Part shown: positions 16,390 through 32,700 of the stretch, piece by piece | Position numbering within the stretch: the stretch's first letter is position 1 | Layout: each line of letters opens with the position of its first letter | DNA from: the human T2T-CHM13v2.0 reference genome, Homo sapiens | NCBI RefSeq assembly: GCF_009914755.1 | Contig: NC_060928.1 | Reading direction: 5' to 3' (one strand) | Length of the DNA: 64,000 nt | The notes under the pieces: model-generated | What the model was told of the DNA's origin: nothing | Databases searched by the model: none | Seen by the model: the letters and a program-made list of their open reading frames with translations, nothing else | Made by a program: the position numbers and the translations under genes

Positions 16390-16575
16390 TACCTCAGGAT
16401 TCTGAAATTTGGTTGTGCAAGAGGATTACCTGGAGTGTTTCTTCAATAGGTAGTTTCCTGCATCCAAGCCCTAGAAAGTCTCATTCTGTCTGTTTGAGGT
16501 GCGCATAGAGTGCTTAATATTGACTAAGCACTGCAGACGGTGGTGATGCAGATGGTCCTCAGAGCATGCTGCAGG
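16390..16575. mobile_element. MER5-like hAT-Charlie fragment
   Basis: gattacctggag...tttcctgcatcca...tgatgcagatggtcct pattern; highly diverged. Confidence 0.4.
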
Positions 16576-17160
16576 AAATATTTAATCTCGTTTCCCTTGG
16601 TGATGGAGAATAACACTCCTTTTGGCCCCAAATGGCAGAAGATGCCATTTCAAATGTTAGCTGTGTGCCTCCTAAGTCTAGTGAAATGGCCAGCTTATCC
16701 TGAGAACTCTGGAGTTGGTGGAAAGAATTGGAATCCAATAGCTGGTATCTAGAAGATAAATTTGTAGTATTGGATACATTTACCCATCATGCACAAGTTT
16801 ATATCTTGGATTAATAGGATGCACCGAGTCATCAGGCACCCTGGAGGGGATCTTTCAGTGAAAACCAGCCGCTTTTGGAAGGGTTTCAGTTAGTCTTTGT
16901 AGAGGTAACTGGAGCTACTTCCCAGGAAGACCCCTATCCTGATAGATTTACTGAACTCTGCAAAATACATCAAGGATATTTTCCCTTGACCAGAAGAGAT
17001 AATGGAGCTAGCACATGGCATTCCAATTATGTACTTCCAATACGTCAGAAGAGATGCCACTGGAACTGTCCCTTACTATTGATGCCATGGCTGAAAGCTT
17101 AGATGCCCATCGATCTTTATTTTTGTATAGTTAAGGGACACATTATAGGGAACCTCACTT

Positions 17161-17356
17161 AAAAAATTATTTCAGGTTTAGGGGTACGTGTGAAGGTTTG
17201 TTACATGGTTAAACTTGTGTCACGGGGGTTTGTTGTGCAGATTATTACATCACCCAGATATTAAGCTCAGTACCTAATGCTATCTTTTCTGTTCCTCTCC
17301 CTCCCCCAAACCTCACCCCTCAAGTAGACCTCAGTGTCTGTTGTTTCTTTCTTTGT
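17161..17356 (-). mobile_element. Short 5'-truncated older L1PA (about PA12-PA15) 3' end
   Basis: ggggtacgtgtgaaggtttgttacatgg...tgttgtgcagattattacatcacccag; TSD ggaacctcactt (17149-17160) / ggaacctaactt (17357-17368). Confidence 0.85.
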
Positions 17357-17441
17357 GGAACCTAACTTCTTTTCCAGTTAGCCTCAGGGACAAGTTACAG
17401 GATCTAACAGATTTATTCCTGCAGCGCCACCTACAGGAGAA

Positions 17442-18150
17442 TGTATCAGTGAGGGTTCGATCAGGAAAACAGAGTCACTATGAATGCTGTGAATGAAGGC
17501 GTCTTACCTGATTGCGAAGATGTTGGGTAAGTGAAGGCCCAGTAGAGGGCGCTGGAGGATCAGAGAAAGAGCACCAACCAGCCTTCCTGAAGCACTGAGA
17601 TGGGGGATAAGTCAGTTTTCAGGGAAATCAGAGAAGCTAGGTATACATCTGAGGACTCCAAAGGCAGGAGGCCCTGGCTCTGATGCTTCTAAGGCAGATG
17701 AATTGGGTGCCAGTGGTGGGGGCGAGCATGCATTGGAGTGTTCCTTGTGGGCCAGAGGTGAGCCCCAAAGGAGAGAGCTGTTCTGGGGCCATTCAAATTC
17801 TGTCCAAGAGGTCTCTGCAAGAGAGCTGGAAGGACCACACATGAGCAGCCTGTCTGAGAAAAATCTGTTGCTGCTGTCTAGGTAAGCCTCCTTGGTTGTT
17901 CTCTGGCGAGACTGAAGCGCCCACACAAGCCATCCAAGGAAAGGAGTCGGTTTTGGTCATCCCTCCCAGCGAGAGGTGGCTGGAGACATCTGCAAATGCC
18001 AGGAAAAACCCGCTCCAGATTGTACTGGGTCTGACCTTGACTTTTTTTCCTTTATCTTCTCCACGCCTGGAGGGACCCATGGCAGAGCTAGAAAATCATC
18101 TGGGAGAAGAGGCAGTGAGGTGGGGAAACAGAAGAGAAGCTGAAATATAC
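17442..18150 (-). mobile_element. Probable old ERVL-class LTR, family unresolved
   Basis: Starts tgtatcagtgagggttcgatcaggaaaacagag, typical of antisense ERVL LTR ends; GC-richer block with short spurious ORFs. Confidence 0.4.
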
Positions 18151-21100
18151 CCTATTACAACCTTCTGAGCTTGTCTAACCTAGGAGAGGCGAGGTGCTTT
18201 CACGTTAGGTAAAATTCACGCTTTGAAAAACATTGGACTAAGTTGTATGTATTTGTTACTATTCTTACGATTGAAGGTAAACAGGTTTTTGAGTATTGAG
18301 TAGTGATTGAAGAAGTTATGGACTTTATCAGAGAATTCATACAGTGGCAGGGAAAGAACTGGCGCACAGAGTGAGTTTAAAGAGCAGTGGGACAAAGAAT
18401 AAAGTTAGTTTCTGATTAAGTCACATGGTCATGAATGTTCAGCTTAGCAGTGACTTGCCATGGTAAAAATGTCAGGCAACCCATAGTAGTTTCATCCAGC
18501 TTATTTTGACTCCAGTTTATTTATTTACTTGAAAGACAAGTAGAAGAAAAGAGTTTCTGAATATTTGGAAGATTTTGCCGAAGTAAGTAAATGCAGTTGC
18601 ATGTAGTTGAAGAGCATCAGATAAGACAAAACTGAGCCTTGTTGCAGAAGAAAATCTTGCTCAGTGGCACTGGAGCTGCTGCCACGTCTTCACTGACTTA
18701 TCCCTAGTTTTTAGAAGCTGCTGTTAACTTCCTTTGATGGTCTTTGGTCAGTAGCTAAGCCTATAATATGAGCCTTTAGCTGCTTGGGAATTTCAGTCTT
18801 ATTTTGCTATCTTCATCCTTTTACAACTTGTAAAATCTATGCAATTGAGTTGAAATTTTTGATTTCTACTCAAGAATGCAGAAGATGAAATGAAGAGGTA
18901 ATGTCATATATCTAAATTATCTAAATTCCAATCTCCTTTTGCCTGAATTTGTAAACTCCTATATGCTTGTGAACCCCTTAGTATAGAGGTGGAAATTATA
19001 TGGCTTATTCATAACAGGATAAAAATCTTAGACATAAAATTAGAAATAAAATAAACTGGAATATGAACTTGAAATAGTCCTAATCTCTATCCTTTTTCCC
19101 TTGGAAAAACCCTAATTCTTTTTTTCTAAACTTAACCCTAACCATAATCCTCTAAATAATATAGGAACAATTTGATTATTGATTTTGTGACTATAAACGT
19201 TTTTATTAAGCTTCACGTTTTCGAATATAAAGAAATTGTGAAAATGAAGCATTTTGCTGAACCAAAATTGCATTGTTAGTTCTTGCAAGCATGGGTTTCT
19301 TTTCTTGTACTAAGTAAAATTTCTCAAAGTGTAAATCAAAAGCTAGTACCTAAAGAAAATTCTGGCTTTCCTGCTGGTTCACCCTTGCTTAGTGTCCTAT
19401 GCAGGGATGGGATGGGTACCCTCAGGGCAAAAGTACTGGTTAAGCTTCTTATGGTATCTACAGCATGCAGGTCTGCCCTTGAGCCCAATGGAGAAATTTA
19501 CTAGGATGCCATCTGAGAGTGTGAACCCAAATTGCCCTATTTCAGACCTTTTAAAATGCCCCTTCGAAAGAAGTGTCTATTAGAAAAAGCCACCTTGGGA
19601 CAGTAATTGACATCTCATCCTCAGTATGCTTTCAGTGTTGTCCTTGAGTCGGATTTGATGGCTGAAAAGCAATGTACCTGGTTATTAGCTTTGCCCTTTG
19701 TAGCTACCCTCCCTGAGCTGCAGCATAATGGGATGTTCCCAGTTTTTATGGAGGTCGCAACAAGAAAGAGGCATATGAAATTTGCTCCTTCATTTACTCT
19801 GACACCCTCTATTACGTTATTTAATGTACTTTGTATAAATCCTCACATGAGCCATTCCTTTAGAATTTGGTTACAGGTAAAAAACTTGTCTCTCCTAAGG
19901 AATTTGTTGCTAAGCTTCTTTCTCTTAGGTTATAAGAACTCAGTATTATTTACACACTTACATTTTATTTCTATGGTTCTGAAATACTATTGCAATTTAT
20001 AAACCTTTTTAAGCCATAGTTTACATGTTGTTCCAAATTATTTTTGGGAAGGGGTAAAAATTAATTAAACAAACCAATAATATTCTGTGATTGTCCTAGT
20101 TTAGTAGCCTTAAAATATTACTTTTAGAAAAACTACCTTTAAAAGATGTTCTAACTGCCAAGTTATTTAAAAGTATAACATAAAAATATCCTTATTTTAA
20201 CATGGGAAATAACATTATGTATTTTATGGCACTATTGTGGTGATCACCTCCTCACCTAAAAAGAATGGTTGAATATTCTTCAATTTATTTACCATTCATG
20301 CAGCACATAACAATATGTCTCACTCAAAGGGTGTGTTTATTTTCCCTATTTATTGCACTTTTGTTGTTATCATATATAATTGTATCAAAAGTCAAGCCTT
20401 CATTATACAATAAGTACATGTATACATGTATTCACAGTAAAAATCAAGTGATGGATTTACTGATTTTTAAAAGCATATCCCCAATTCATTTGTTTTTTAG
20501 ACTCTTTTTGCCCATTTCAAAGAAGCAATAAACAGTATCTAGTCTTTGTTGTTTTTCTGATATAATATTTTCTTCTTTTCATAATCAGCTGCACTTTTGT
20601 AACCTTTTAGAAAGCAATAATTACTTTGGTCTGTCCTTTTATTGCTGTAATACTCTTCTCTTAAAAAATTTCAAAGAGCATAGAAATCAGTGCTCTAAAT
20701 GAGTGAAACACATGTAAACACCTTAGATACCATAGTATCTATGGCAACTGTTTTTTGGATAAGGTAATTTAAGTAACAATATGTTTGTGAAATATTAGAA
20801 TGAAAACTTCCATAAATTTGTCTTTTATAAAAATAATAATTGTTATTTTTCATATCTGTTGATGAAATACATACTTTCAGGGAAAATTTATTGAAAGGTT
20901 AATTTCATTATTAAAAAACTTGGAACCATTTGGGTTTAATATCTGCTTCATGGAAGTACCTGGACTGGTATATTAGTGAATTTCTTTTTTAAATTTGAAT
21001 TTTTTTTTATTATACTTTAAGTTTTAGGGTACATGTGCACAATGTGCAGGTTTGTTACATATGTATACATGTGCCATGTTGGTGTGCTGCACCCATTAAC

Positions 21101-21216
21101 TCGTCGTTTAACATTAGGTATATCTCCTAATGCTATTCCTCCCCACTGCCCCCAACCCACAACAGGCCCCGCCGGTGTGTGATGTTCCCCTTCCTGTGAC
21201 CATGTGTTCTCATTGT

Positions 21217-25063
<3,847 letters not shown>

Positions 25064-25126
25064 TATGATGTTAGCTGGTTATTTTGCTCGTTAGTTGATG
25101 TAGTTTCTTCCTAGCCTCGATGGTCT

Positions 25127-26147
25127 TTACAATTTGGCATGTTTTTGCAGTGGCTGGTACCGGTTGTTCCTTTCCATGTTTAGTGCTTCCTTCAGGAGCT
25201 CTTTTAGTGCAGGCCTGATGGTGACAAAAATTTCTCAGCATTTGCTTGTCTGTAAAGGATTTTATTTCTCCTTCAGTTATGAAGCTTAGTTTGGCTGGAT
25301 ATGAAATTCTGGGTTGAAAATTCTTTTCTTTAAGAATGTTGAATATTGGCCCCCACTCTCTTTTGGCTTGTAGAGTTTCTGCCTAGATATCAGCTGTTAG
25401 TCTGATGGGCTTCCCTTTGTGGGTAACCCTCTCTGGCTGCCCTAAATATTTTTTCCTTCATTTCAACTTTGGTGAATTTGACAATTATATGTCTTGGAGT
25501 TGATCTTCTCGAGGAGTATCTTTGTGGCGTTGTCTGTATTTCCTGAATTTGAATGTTGGCCTGCCTTGCTAGATTGGGGAAGTTCTCCTGGATAATATCC
25601 TGCAGAGTGTTTTCTAACTTGGTTCCATTCTCCCTGTCACTTTCAGGTACACCAATCAGACATAGATTTGGTCTTTTCACATAGTGCCATATTTCTTGGA
25701 GGCTTTGTTCATTTCTTTTTATTCTTTTTTCTCTAAGCTTCTCTTCTCACTTCATTTCATTCATTTGATCTTCCATCACTGATACCCTTTCTTCCAAGCT
25801 GATTCCAGTTGATCGAATCAGCTACTGAGGCTTGTGCATTTGTCACGTAGTTCTCGTGCCATGGTTTTCAGCTCCATCAGGTCTTTTAAGGACTTCTCTG
25901 CATTGGTTATTCTAGTTAGCCATTCGTCTAATCTTTTTTCGAGGTTTTTAACTTCTTTGCCATGGGTTTGAACTTCCTCCTTTAGCTTGGAGTAGTTTGA
26001 TCGTCTGAAGCCTTCTTCTCTCATGTCATCAAAGTCATTCTCTGTCCAGCTTTTTTCCGTTGCTGGTGAGGAGCTGCGTTCCTTTGGAGGAGGAGAGGCA
26101 CTCTGAATTTTAGAATTTTCAGTTTTTCTGCTCTGTTTTTTCCCCAT
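25127..26147 (-). pseudogene. L1 ORF1p, disrupted
   Basis: MGKKQSRKTENSK start, stop after 109 aa; second fragment RPNLCLIGVPESD; lower boundary approximate. Confidence 0.9.
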
Positions 26148-26722
26148 CTTTGTGGTTTTATCTACCTTTGGTCTTTGATGATGGTGACGTACAGATGGGG
26201 TTTTGGTGTGGATGTCCTTTCTGTTTGTTAGTTTTCCTTCTAACAGTCAGGACCCTCGGCTGCAGGTCTGTTGGAGTTTGCTGGAGGTCCACCCCAGACC
26301 CTGTTTGCCTGGGTCTCAGTAGCGGAGGCTGCAGAACAGCGGATATTGGTGAACAGCAAATGTTGCTGCCTGATCGTTCCTCTGGAAGTTTTGTCTCAGA
26401 GGAGTACCTGGCCGTGTGAGGTGTCAGTCTGCCCCTACTTGGGGGTGCCTCCTAGTTATGGTACTTGGGGGTCAGGGACCCACTTGAGGAGACAGTCTCT
26501 CTGTTCTCAGATCTTAAGCTGTGTGCTGGGAGAACCACTACTCTCTTCAAAGCTGTCAGACAGGGACATTTAAGTCTGCAGAGGTTTCTGCTGCCTTTTG
26601 TTTGGCTATGCCTTGCCCACAGAGGTGGAGTCTACAGTTGCAGGCAGGCCTCCTTGACCTGCAGTGGGCTCCACCCAGTTCAAGCTTCCCAGCCGCTTTG
26701 TTTACCTATTCAAGCCTGGGTA

Positions 26723-27181
26723 ATGGTGGGCGCCCCTCCCCTAGCCTCGCTGCCACCTTGCAGTTTGATCTCAGACTGCTGTGCTAGCAATGAGCGAGGC
26801 TCCGTGGGCATAGGACCCTCCAAGTCATGTGCAGGATATAATCTCCTGGTGTGCCGTTTGCTAAGACCATTGGAAAAGCACAGTATTAGGGTGGGAGTGA
26901 CCCAATTTTCCAGGTGCCGTCTGTCACCCCTTTCCTTGGCTAGGAAAGGGAATTCCCTGACCCCTTGCACTTCCTGGGTGAGGCGATGCTTCACCCTGCT
27001 TCGGCTCACGCTTGGTGCACTGCACCCACTGTCCTGCACCCAGTGTCCCTCAATCCCCAGTGTGATGAACCCAGTACCTCAGTTGGAAATGCAGAAATCA
27101 CCTGTCTTCTGTGTCGCTCACGCTGGGAGCTGCAGACTGGAGCTGTTCCTATTCGGCCATCTTATATTAGTGAATTTTTAA
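26723..27181 (+). CDS. L1 antisense ORF0 homologue, open and C-terminally extended (152 aa); translation unproven
   Basis: MVGAPPLASLPPCSLISDCCASN... matches the recalled ORF0 N-terminus (MAGAPPPASLPPCSLISDCCASN); in frame with track ORF 26465-27181. Confidence 0.55.
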   Translation: MVGAPPLASLPPCSLISDCCASNERGSVGIGPSKSCAGYNLLVCRLLRPLEKHSIRVGVTQFSRCRLSPLSLARKGNSLTPCTSWVRRCFTLLRLTLGALHPLSCTQCPSIPSVMNPVPQLEMQKSPVFCVAHAGSCRLELFLFGHLILVNF

Positions 27182-28420
27182 ACTCATACTTCCGTAAGTT
27201 AAAATTGCTTCAGTCTTCTGCTTTCTCATGAATTTTTTGGAGTTCCTAGAAGCTTAATGACTCCATGTATCAATGAGTCAAAACAAGTTATATTGATTAT
27301 TATACCTACTGTGTGTAGGACCCAACCACCAGGCTCATGCAATATTCAAGCTATCACCACATACAATCATTGGTCATAGCAATCATGAAAACAGTGAGAA
27401 AACAGTGAATAGTTTCCTTCCTGCCTCTCTTTCAATCTTTCTTCACTCCTTTCCTGCAAAATGAAAGCCTATGAATGAGCTTGTTATTTTTGGTACCTCA
27501 CATATATACAGAGTAAATGGGAATCTTTCAGTCTCCATGTCCAGCTAAGTTACTGTTTACTTTTTCTATTTCTAGCTCTCCTAGGAAATGTGTGTCAAGA
27601 TTCATACAATTAACCCAGAAGGAAGCAATTTATTTCTGTGAATTATTATTTAGCTGTATGATCTTTTCTTATCCCTCTACCATGGCCAAGTTGAAATTTA
27701 AATTCTATATTCCTAAAATAATTAATAATCCAGAAAGGAGCTGTTTTTTTTTTCTATTTAAACACCAACTCTAGCAAACCAGAATAAAGTGTCCTGCAAT
27801 TTAGATACAGTTTGGAAATATTTGCAGTGCTGAGACTTGATTACAGAGTTGGTAGCAGGGATGGTTAAAGATTGACCATCTTGCGTTCTGCTTTGGGCAA
27901 ATCTTAGGAAAGGACCAAAGTGCTTAAATTCAGAGTACAAATTTATTCACTAAACTAATATTTATTTTGCTCTACTAAGTGCTAGGCTTTTATTTTTTTC
28001 AAATTTTGCTACTGAGGATAGATAATAAATTCTTGTCCCATGGATGTAACAACAACGACAACAACAAAAATCTAGATTTGTTATTATTATTGAAGCCATC
28101 AGCTACAATATATATTTGATTATTTTAACACGCAGATATCAAATTGCCAAACAACCCTTTATCTAATGGCTTGGATGAACCCTAATTTTTAAGAAGAAAT
28201 AAAACAGATATTTATTTTTTTGACTTTCAATTAGGTGGGTAGAAAAATAAATTTGTATAATTGTTTTTTACTTATTTAGGTTCTATGATAAATGGCTATT
28301 TTTTTACGTAGTTGATATGTATCTTTATAATGTATAATTTAAAAAGAAGTTTCATTATATTCACTTTATTCTACTCTGTAGAGCTAAAAGTAAGCAAAGG
28401 GGATCTACTTAAAAATGTTA

Positions 28421-28953
28421 TGTTAAATATAGTGAACTCCAAGTTTCTCTTCAAAGAATCAGTATGTCAGTATATTCAGCTCTCTTATTCTCTGTTCTCT
28501 ATTTTAAAGTTTAACTTCCTGGTTCTCTTCACCCTCTTGCTTCTAGTTTCAGTAAACAACCCCCTCCTAGCCTCTATCACCTGCTCCATCCTGAGTCGCC
28601 CCTGGTCACTTGCTCTGACTTCAGTTATCCTGAGTCACCTGTTCTGTAACTATTGTTCCCACCAAACTACTCACCCTGCCACTCTGACTTGTACCCATGC
28701 TCTCTTTAAAATAGCCAGTCGGAATTAGCTTAGACTGTGTGGTCCAACCCTAGCCAATAGGGGAACGACACAGCAGTGGGGGCTACCTGCTTTAGGGATA
28801 AGAACCCCTTCCCCTCCCATGTTCAGGTGCGCTTTCACCATTTCTCCATTCACGAGTTGTACCCTTCTATAGAAGTAAAAATTGCCTTGTTGAGAAAATT
28901 AAATTTATGTTCGAGTGCTATTTCTTTGTGGCACCGAAAATTTATTTATAACA
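28421..28953 (+). mobile_element. ERV1 solo LTR, LTR10 family
   Basis: TG...CA ends, 4-bp TSD gtta (28417-28420, 28954-28957), ttctcttcaaagaatcagtatgtcagtat start, AP-1 tgagtca at 28631, CCAAT at ~28754. Confidence 0.85.
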
Positions 28954-31829
28954 GTTATTAGCTTTTTCAATATTTTTTAGAGGTTGTGAGAATTGAGGAG
29001 GTGGAGTCTTAGAGCATTCCAATATTTGTAAAACAAACAAAAAGAACTAAACCCACCTCCCCATCTCGCACACCCCTAACCTGTGAAATTACATTTGTAA
29101 GCAAGGCACTTCATAGTAGATGGCTCCGTTTCCTAGAGAGAAAGTTTCCTATCCGTCTAGAGCAGTTTTATTGTCCTTATTTCATGTTTCCATAAATCAC
29201 ACTACTCTTTGTTCCTTCTTTGTCACAATTTTCCCCAAAATGGTAAAAGTTAAGAAAGATGAAACTTTTTAGGCTGCTTGCCATGCTTTTGCATGATTAA
29301 TTCACACATGAAGAAAACAAAATACCTTTAATTTTTAATTAAAGAATTTACAAAAGGAGAAAAGTGTTTATTGAGTGATAAATAATAATGATTGATTAAA
29401 GGAATGTGTAACCAGCTCTATGAGCTATTGAAATATCCTGCCAAAGAGAAAATGGGAAGAATTCTGTTTTGTCAGAATTCCATTTAAAGTAATAGATATT
29501 GGGAAGGGGAACCAGGAGATTTCCAGGTAATAGTAAGGCTTTTAGGTGAGTGAGGTCACTGGCTGAGGGAGCCCTCATTTAGAATGGGCAGAATTATTCA
29601 AGTTTCATGATGCCCAAGAGTGGATGTGGGCAGCCAGAGAGCTGATCTGTGGTTTTTTGAAACAGAGTTCCCAGGGCCGTGTTATCTTTCTGTGGTCTTG
29701 TTAAACATTTTCATCTCAATTCCCCAGGAATGTGTTTTCTTACGGGAAACATATTCTGACTTTAAAATGTAATTCATTTTTGATACTAGAATTCAATTCA
29801 TTCAAATTTAGAGTCACCTTTGTTGGAAAAATCTTAACAAAATTTTATTTAAATTACCTTTATTACACAAAGCCACGTAAAGTGTATTTGGTTTCATGTA
29901 TGAGTGTGTTTATGAAAAGAGGTGTTGGACATAAGTCAATTTCAGAGACTTGAATCGATACAGCCTTTAGTACACTTTTGTGTAGTTCGTTTTAGTTTCT
30001 CGCATATTTTCTCATACTTAAAAATTCTCATGAGTTTAAAGGAATGTTGGTACTATTCAGGCTACTAAAGCTTGGCTCATGAATCTCAGGAAGTGTTCAA
30101 TACTTTATAGTCAGGAAAAATAGATTTTGTATCTTGACCTTTACATTAAGCTTTTCTTTTCAGAACTATATTACCTTGCAAAGTACACAGGGAACTGGAG
30201 CCAGCTTGTGACCTTTTGTTAACATGTAGTTTTGAGAAATGGGAAAAAGGCATTTTTATTATCAGGAATTTTATTACCTAAAAGAGTTAGGAGTCAGTTG
30301 AAAGACCTGCCTTTCTTAAAAAGACAGCTAGCCATATAACTTTGGGACAGATACTCTCTTTTGGAGAATGCTGCAATGCCTGCAGTGCCATCCCAAGGCC
30401 ATTATGTGAAGTGGGAAGCAAATAGATTACGGAAGGTGAAGATGCTAAGAGAGGCGAGGAAATACTTGTCATGTTGCTGTCAGGAACATACATGAACTTG
30501 TTTTTATTAGTTAAAATCAGCTTAATTAATATATAGGGGACTCTAGTGTTAATTGAAAATTCCCCTAGTGGATTAGAAGGGTAAGGGTGATTGGGTAGGG
30601 AGGTTAACTTGTTCATTTGTGTATTTTCTGTTTCTTTCCCTGGAATATATATATACAGGGCTTTGTTTGTTTGTTTTTTTCAGTGTTGTTTCCTTAGCAC
30701 ATTGCAGAAAGTAGGTAATCAGTATCTGGATAAATAAATGAATGCTAAAACTAGCCAACTAATTTCATTTTAAATTAAGACTTTTCAGGAATCACTATGT
30801 TTACTTATTACTCGCTAAGAGCTTGAAAGACTGTTCTAGGAAGGTAGATTTTATAGACTCAGGGAGTGGGTTGGGACTCAGGAACAATTAAATCAGCAGA
30901 CTGTGAACTGTTAGCATGCTTTCTACAGTCACGAGGAAGAAGCAAGAGCCTTGCAAGGAATGATGGGATAGCGCCTTTATTGTGGGACAAACTAATTGCT
31001 TAATGAATAGCCAATAACATTTCCTCATACTCTGGTTTCTCTTTGGATCTTATAAACCCTTTGTCTTTTACCAAAAAAAAAAAAAAAAAATCAAAACCAA
31101 AACCAAAAAACAAAAACATTTCCTTATGTAAAGGGACATGACTTTTAAAAAATATGAATATTTCCACTTTTCTTGTGGTTCTCCCTCCTGTCCTTCTGTC
31201 TTTTCAACCAGTTGTCAATCCTTGCCTCAGAAGAGTTTATGATTCTACAGAACAGCAAAGAAAAGCTTTTGGGTTTCAAAGGTATTGACTTTTATGTTGT
31301 AAAAATCTCAGGTCCAAAGGGAAAGTTGATGATATAAGAGTAAGGTTCCTGTTTGCATCCTTTTCTCCCACTGCAGGGTTGGGGAAAAGAAGCCCTCTGC
31401 ACACCAGAATTACCCAGAGACATGGAACACTTAGCACTGCATCATATGTTGGCCTTACAGAGGTCCTCCGTATTCCAATGTGAGGAAGGAAGTGGTGGTA
31501 CATTTGCAGAAGGCACTAAATTAAGCGACTCTAATGAACCAGATAGAAGGGACCACTGCAACAGGATTTAGTTTCCTCCTCGAACCATGAAAGAGACCAG
31601 GAGAGAATAGGCCTTCCTCTTTGGCAGCCAACATGGAAACAGGATGAACAAGACCAGGAGGAGGTTTTCCTCTGTTTCACAGGTATTCCATAGTCACTGG
31701 AAACTCATATGCATCCTGGAAAGCAGTAATATTGACTTTCCACCACAAAGTCAAAGTTTGCAACAGAAGCTAAGTTGTTATAAAAGAAAATAATTGCTTT
31801 AATATACGGACTGAAATTTGCACCCAATG

Positions 31830-32700
31830 CATTTAGATTTTGAATGTTACTGTTCAAAAAGCCAAGTCTGAAGCCAAATGTTTTTTTCTTTCTCTTTTAA
31901 TGTTGATTTGCTTTTTCTGCCTGGATGCTTCAACAATTCTAACTTCATCTTTAAAATTTAGTAACTTAATGAGAATATACCTGGCTTGCTTATTCTGCAA
32001 CAGCTTTCATATTAGAAGATATATTTTAAAATTTTTATTTAGTTTTATTCAAAATTTAAAGAAATACTTTTGTATTCTTTCTCCATATACCTTTTCTTTC
32101 CTATTTTTCAATGATTGATAGATGTCATTTATCTGCTATTTATATTCACCAATTTCTTTTCATTAGCTTTGAGCTTTTTGTCTTTTTCTCTCTGCATTTA
32201 TACATGTTTTAAGACATTTTCCATGCTGTAATTTCAATTTTTAACTTGTTTTCTTCTGTTTCTAATTTATGTATTAGGTCTATAATAATAGAATCTTTTG
32301 TTTCTCATTTTTTCCCCTTTAGCACTTCAGTTTCCCTAATTTGTTTTATCATCTTGTCTTTGAGTTCTTTTATTGAATTCATTTTCTTCTAAATTCTTTT
32401 ATACTGTGAAGTACTTGTGGGAAATAAGTTCTGTTCTTTGGGTTATGTCTTCTTGATGATGGATTCTTCATATGTTATTCACTAGCTAATTTTTTTTTCA
32501 ACTGTAGTCTGTTGCCATTGTTTCTGTGGCATGCATTTTCATTCGGTTATTGGTTAACAGAGTGCTTTGTCTGGAAGTTTCTGTTATGACATAGTATGGG
32601 TAAATTCTCTTTGCTATAGTTCCTTTGTTTTGGAGAGTTGTTTGATTGTTAATTTAGGTGCTACATTTTGACGGCTTGGTTGTCTGTTCTATCGGCTTTT
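31830..32700 (-). mobile_element. Old L1M-type fragment (approximate boundaries)
   Basis: Strongly T-rich, antisense L1 ORF1-like texture (aagtctgaagcca...ttaaaatttagtaacttaatgagaatat). Confidence 0.4.

Noticed and set aside
19128-19150. Telomere-like taaccc units
   Set aside because: Only about two degenerate copies, compatible with chance
30150-30230. Strong acceptor cttttcttttcag at ~30163
   Set aside because: No convincing donor downstream, so not supportable as an exon
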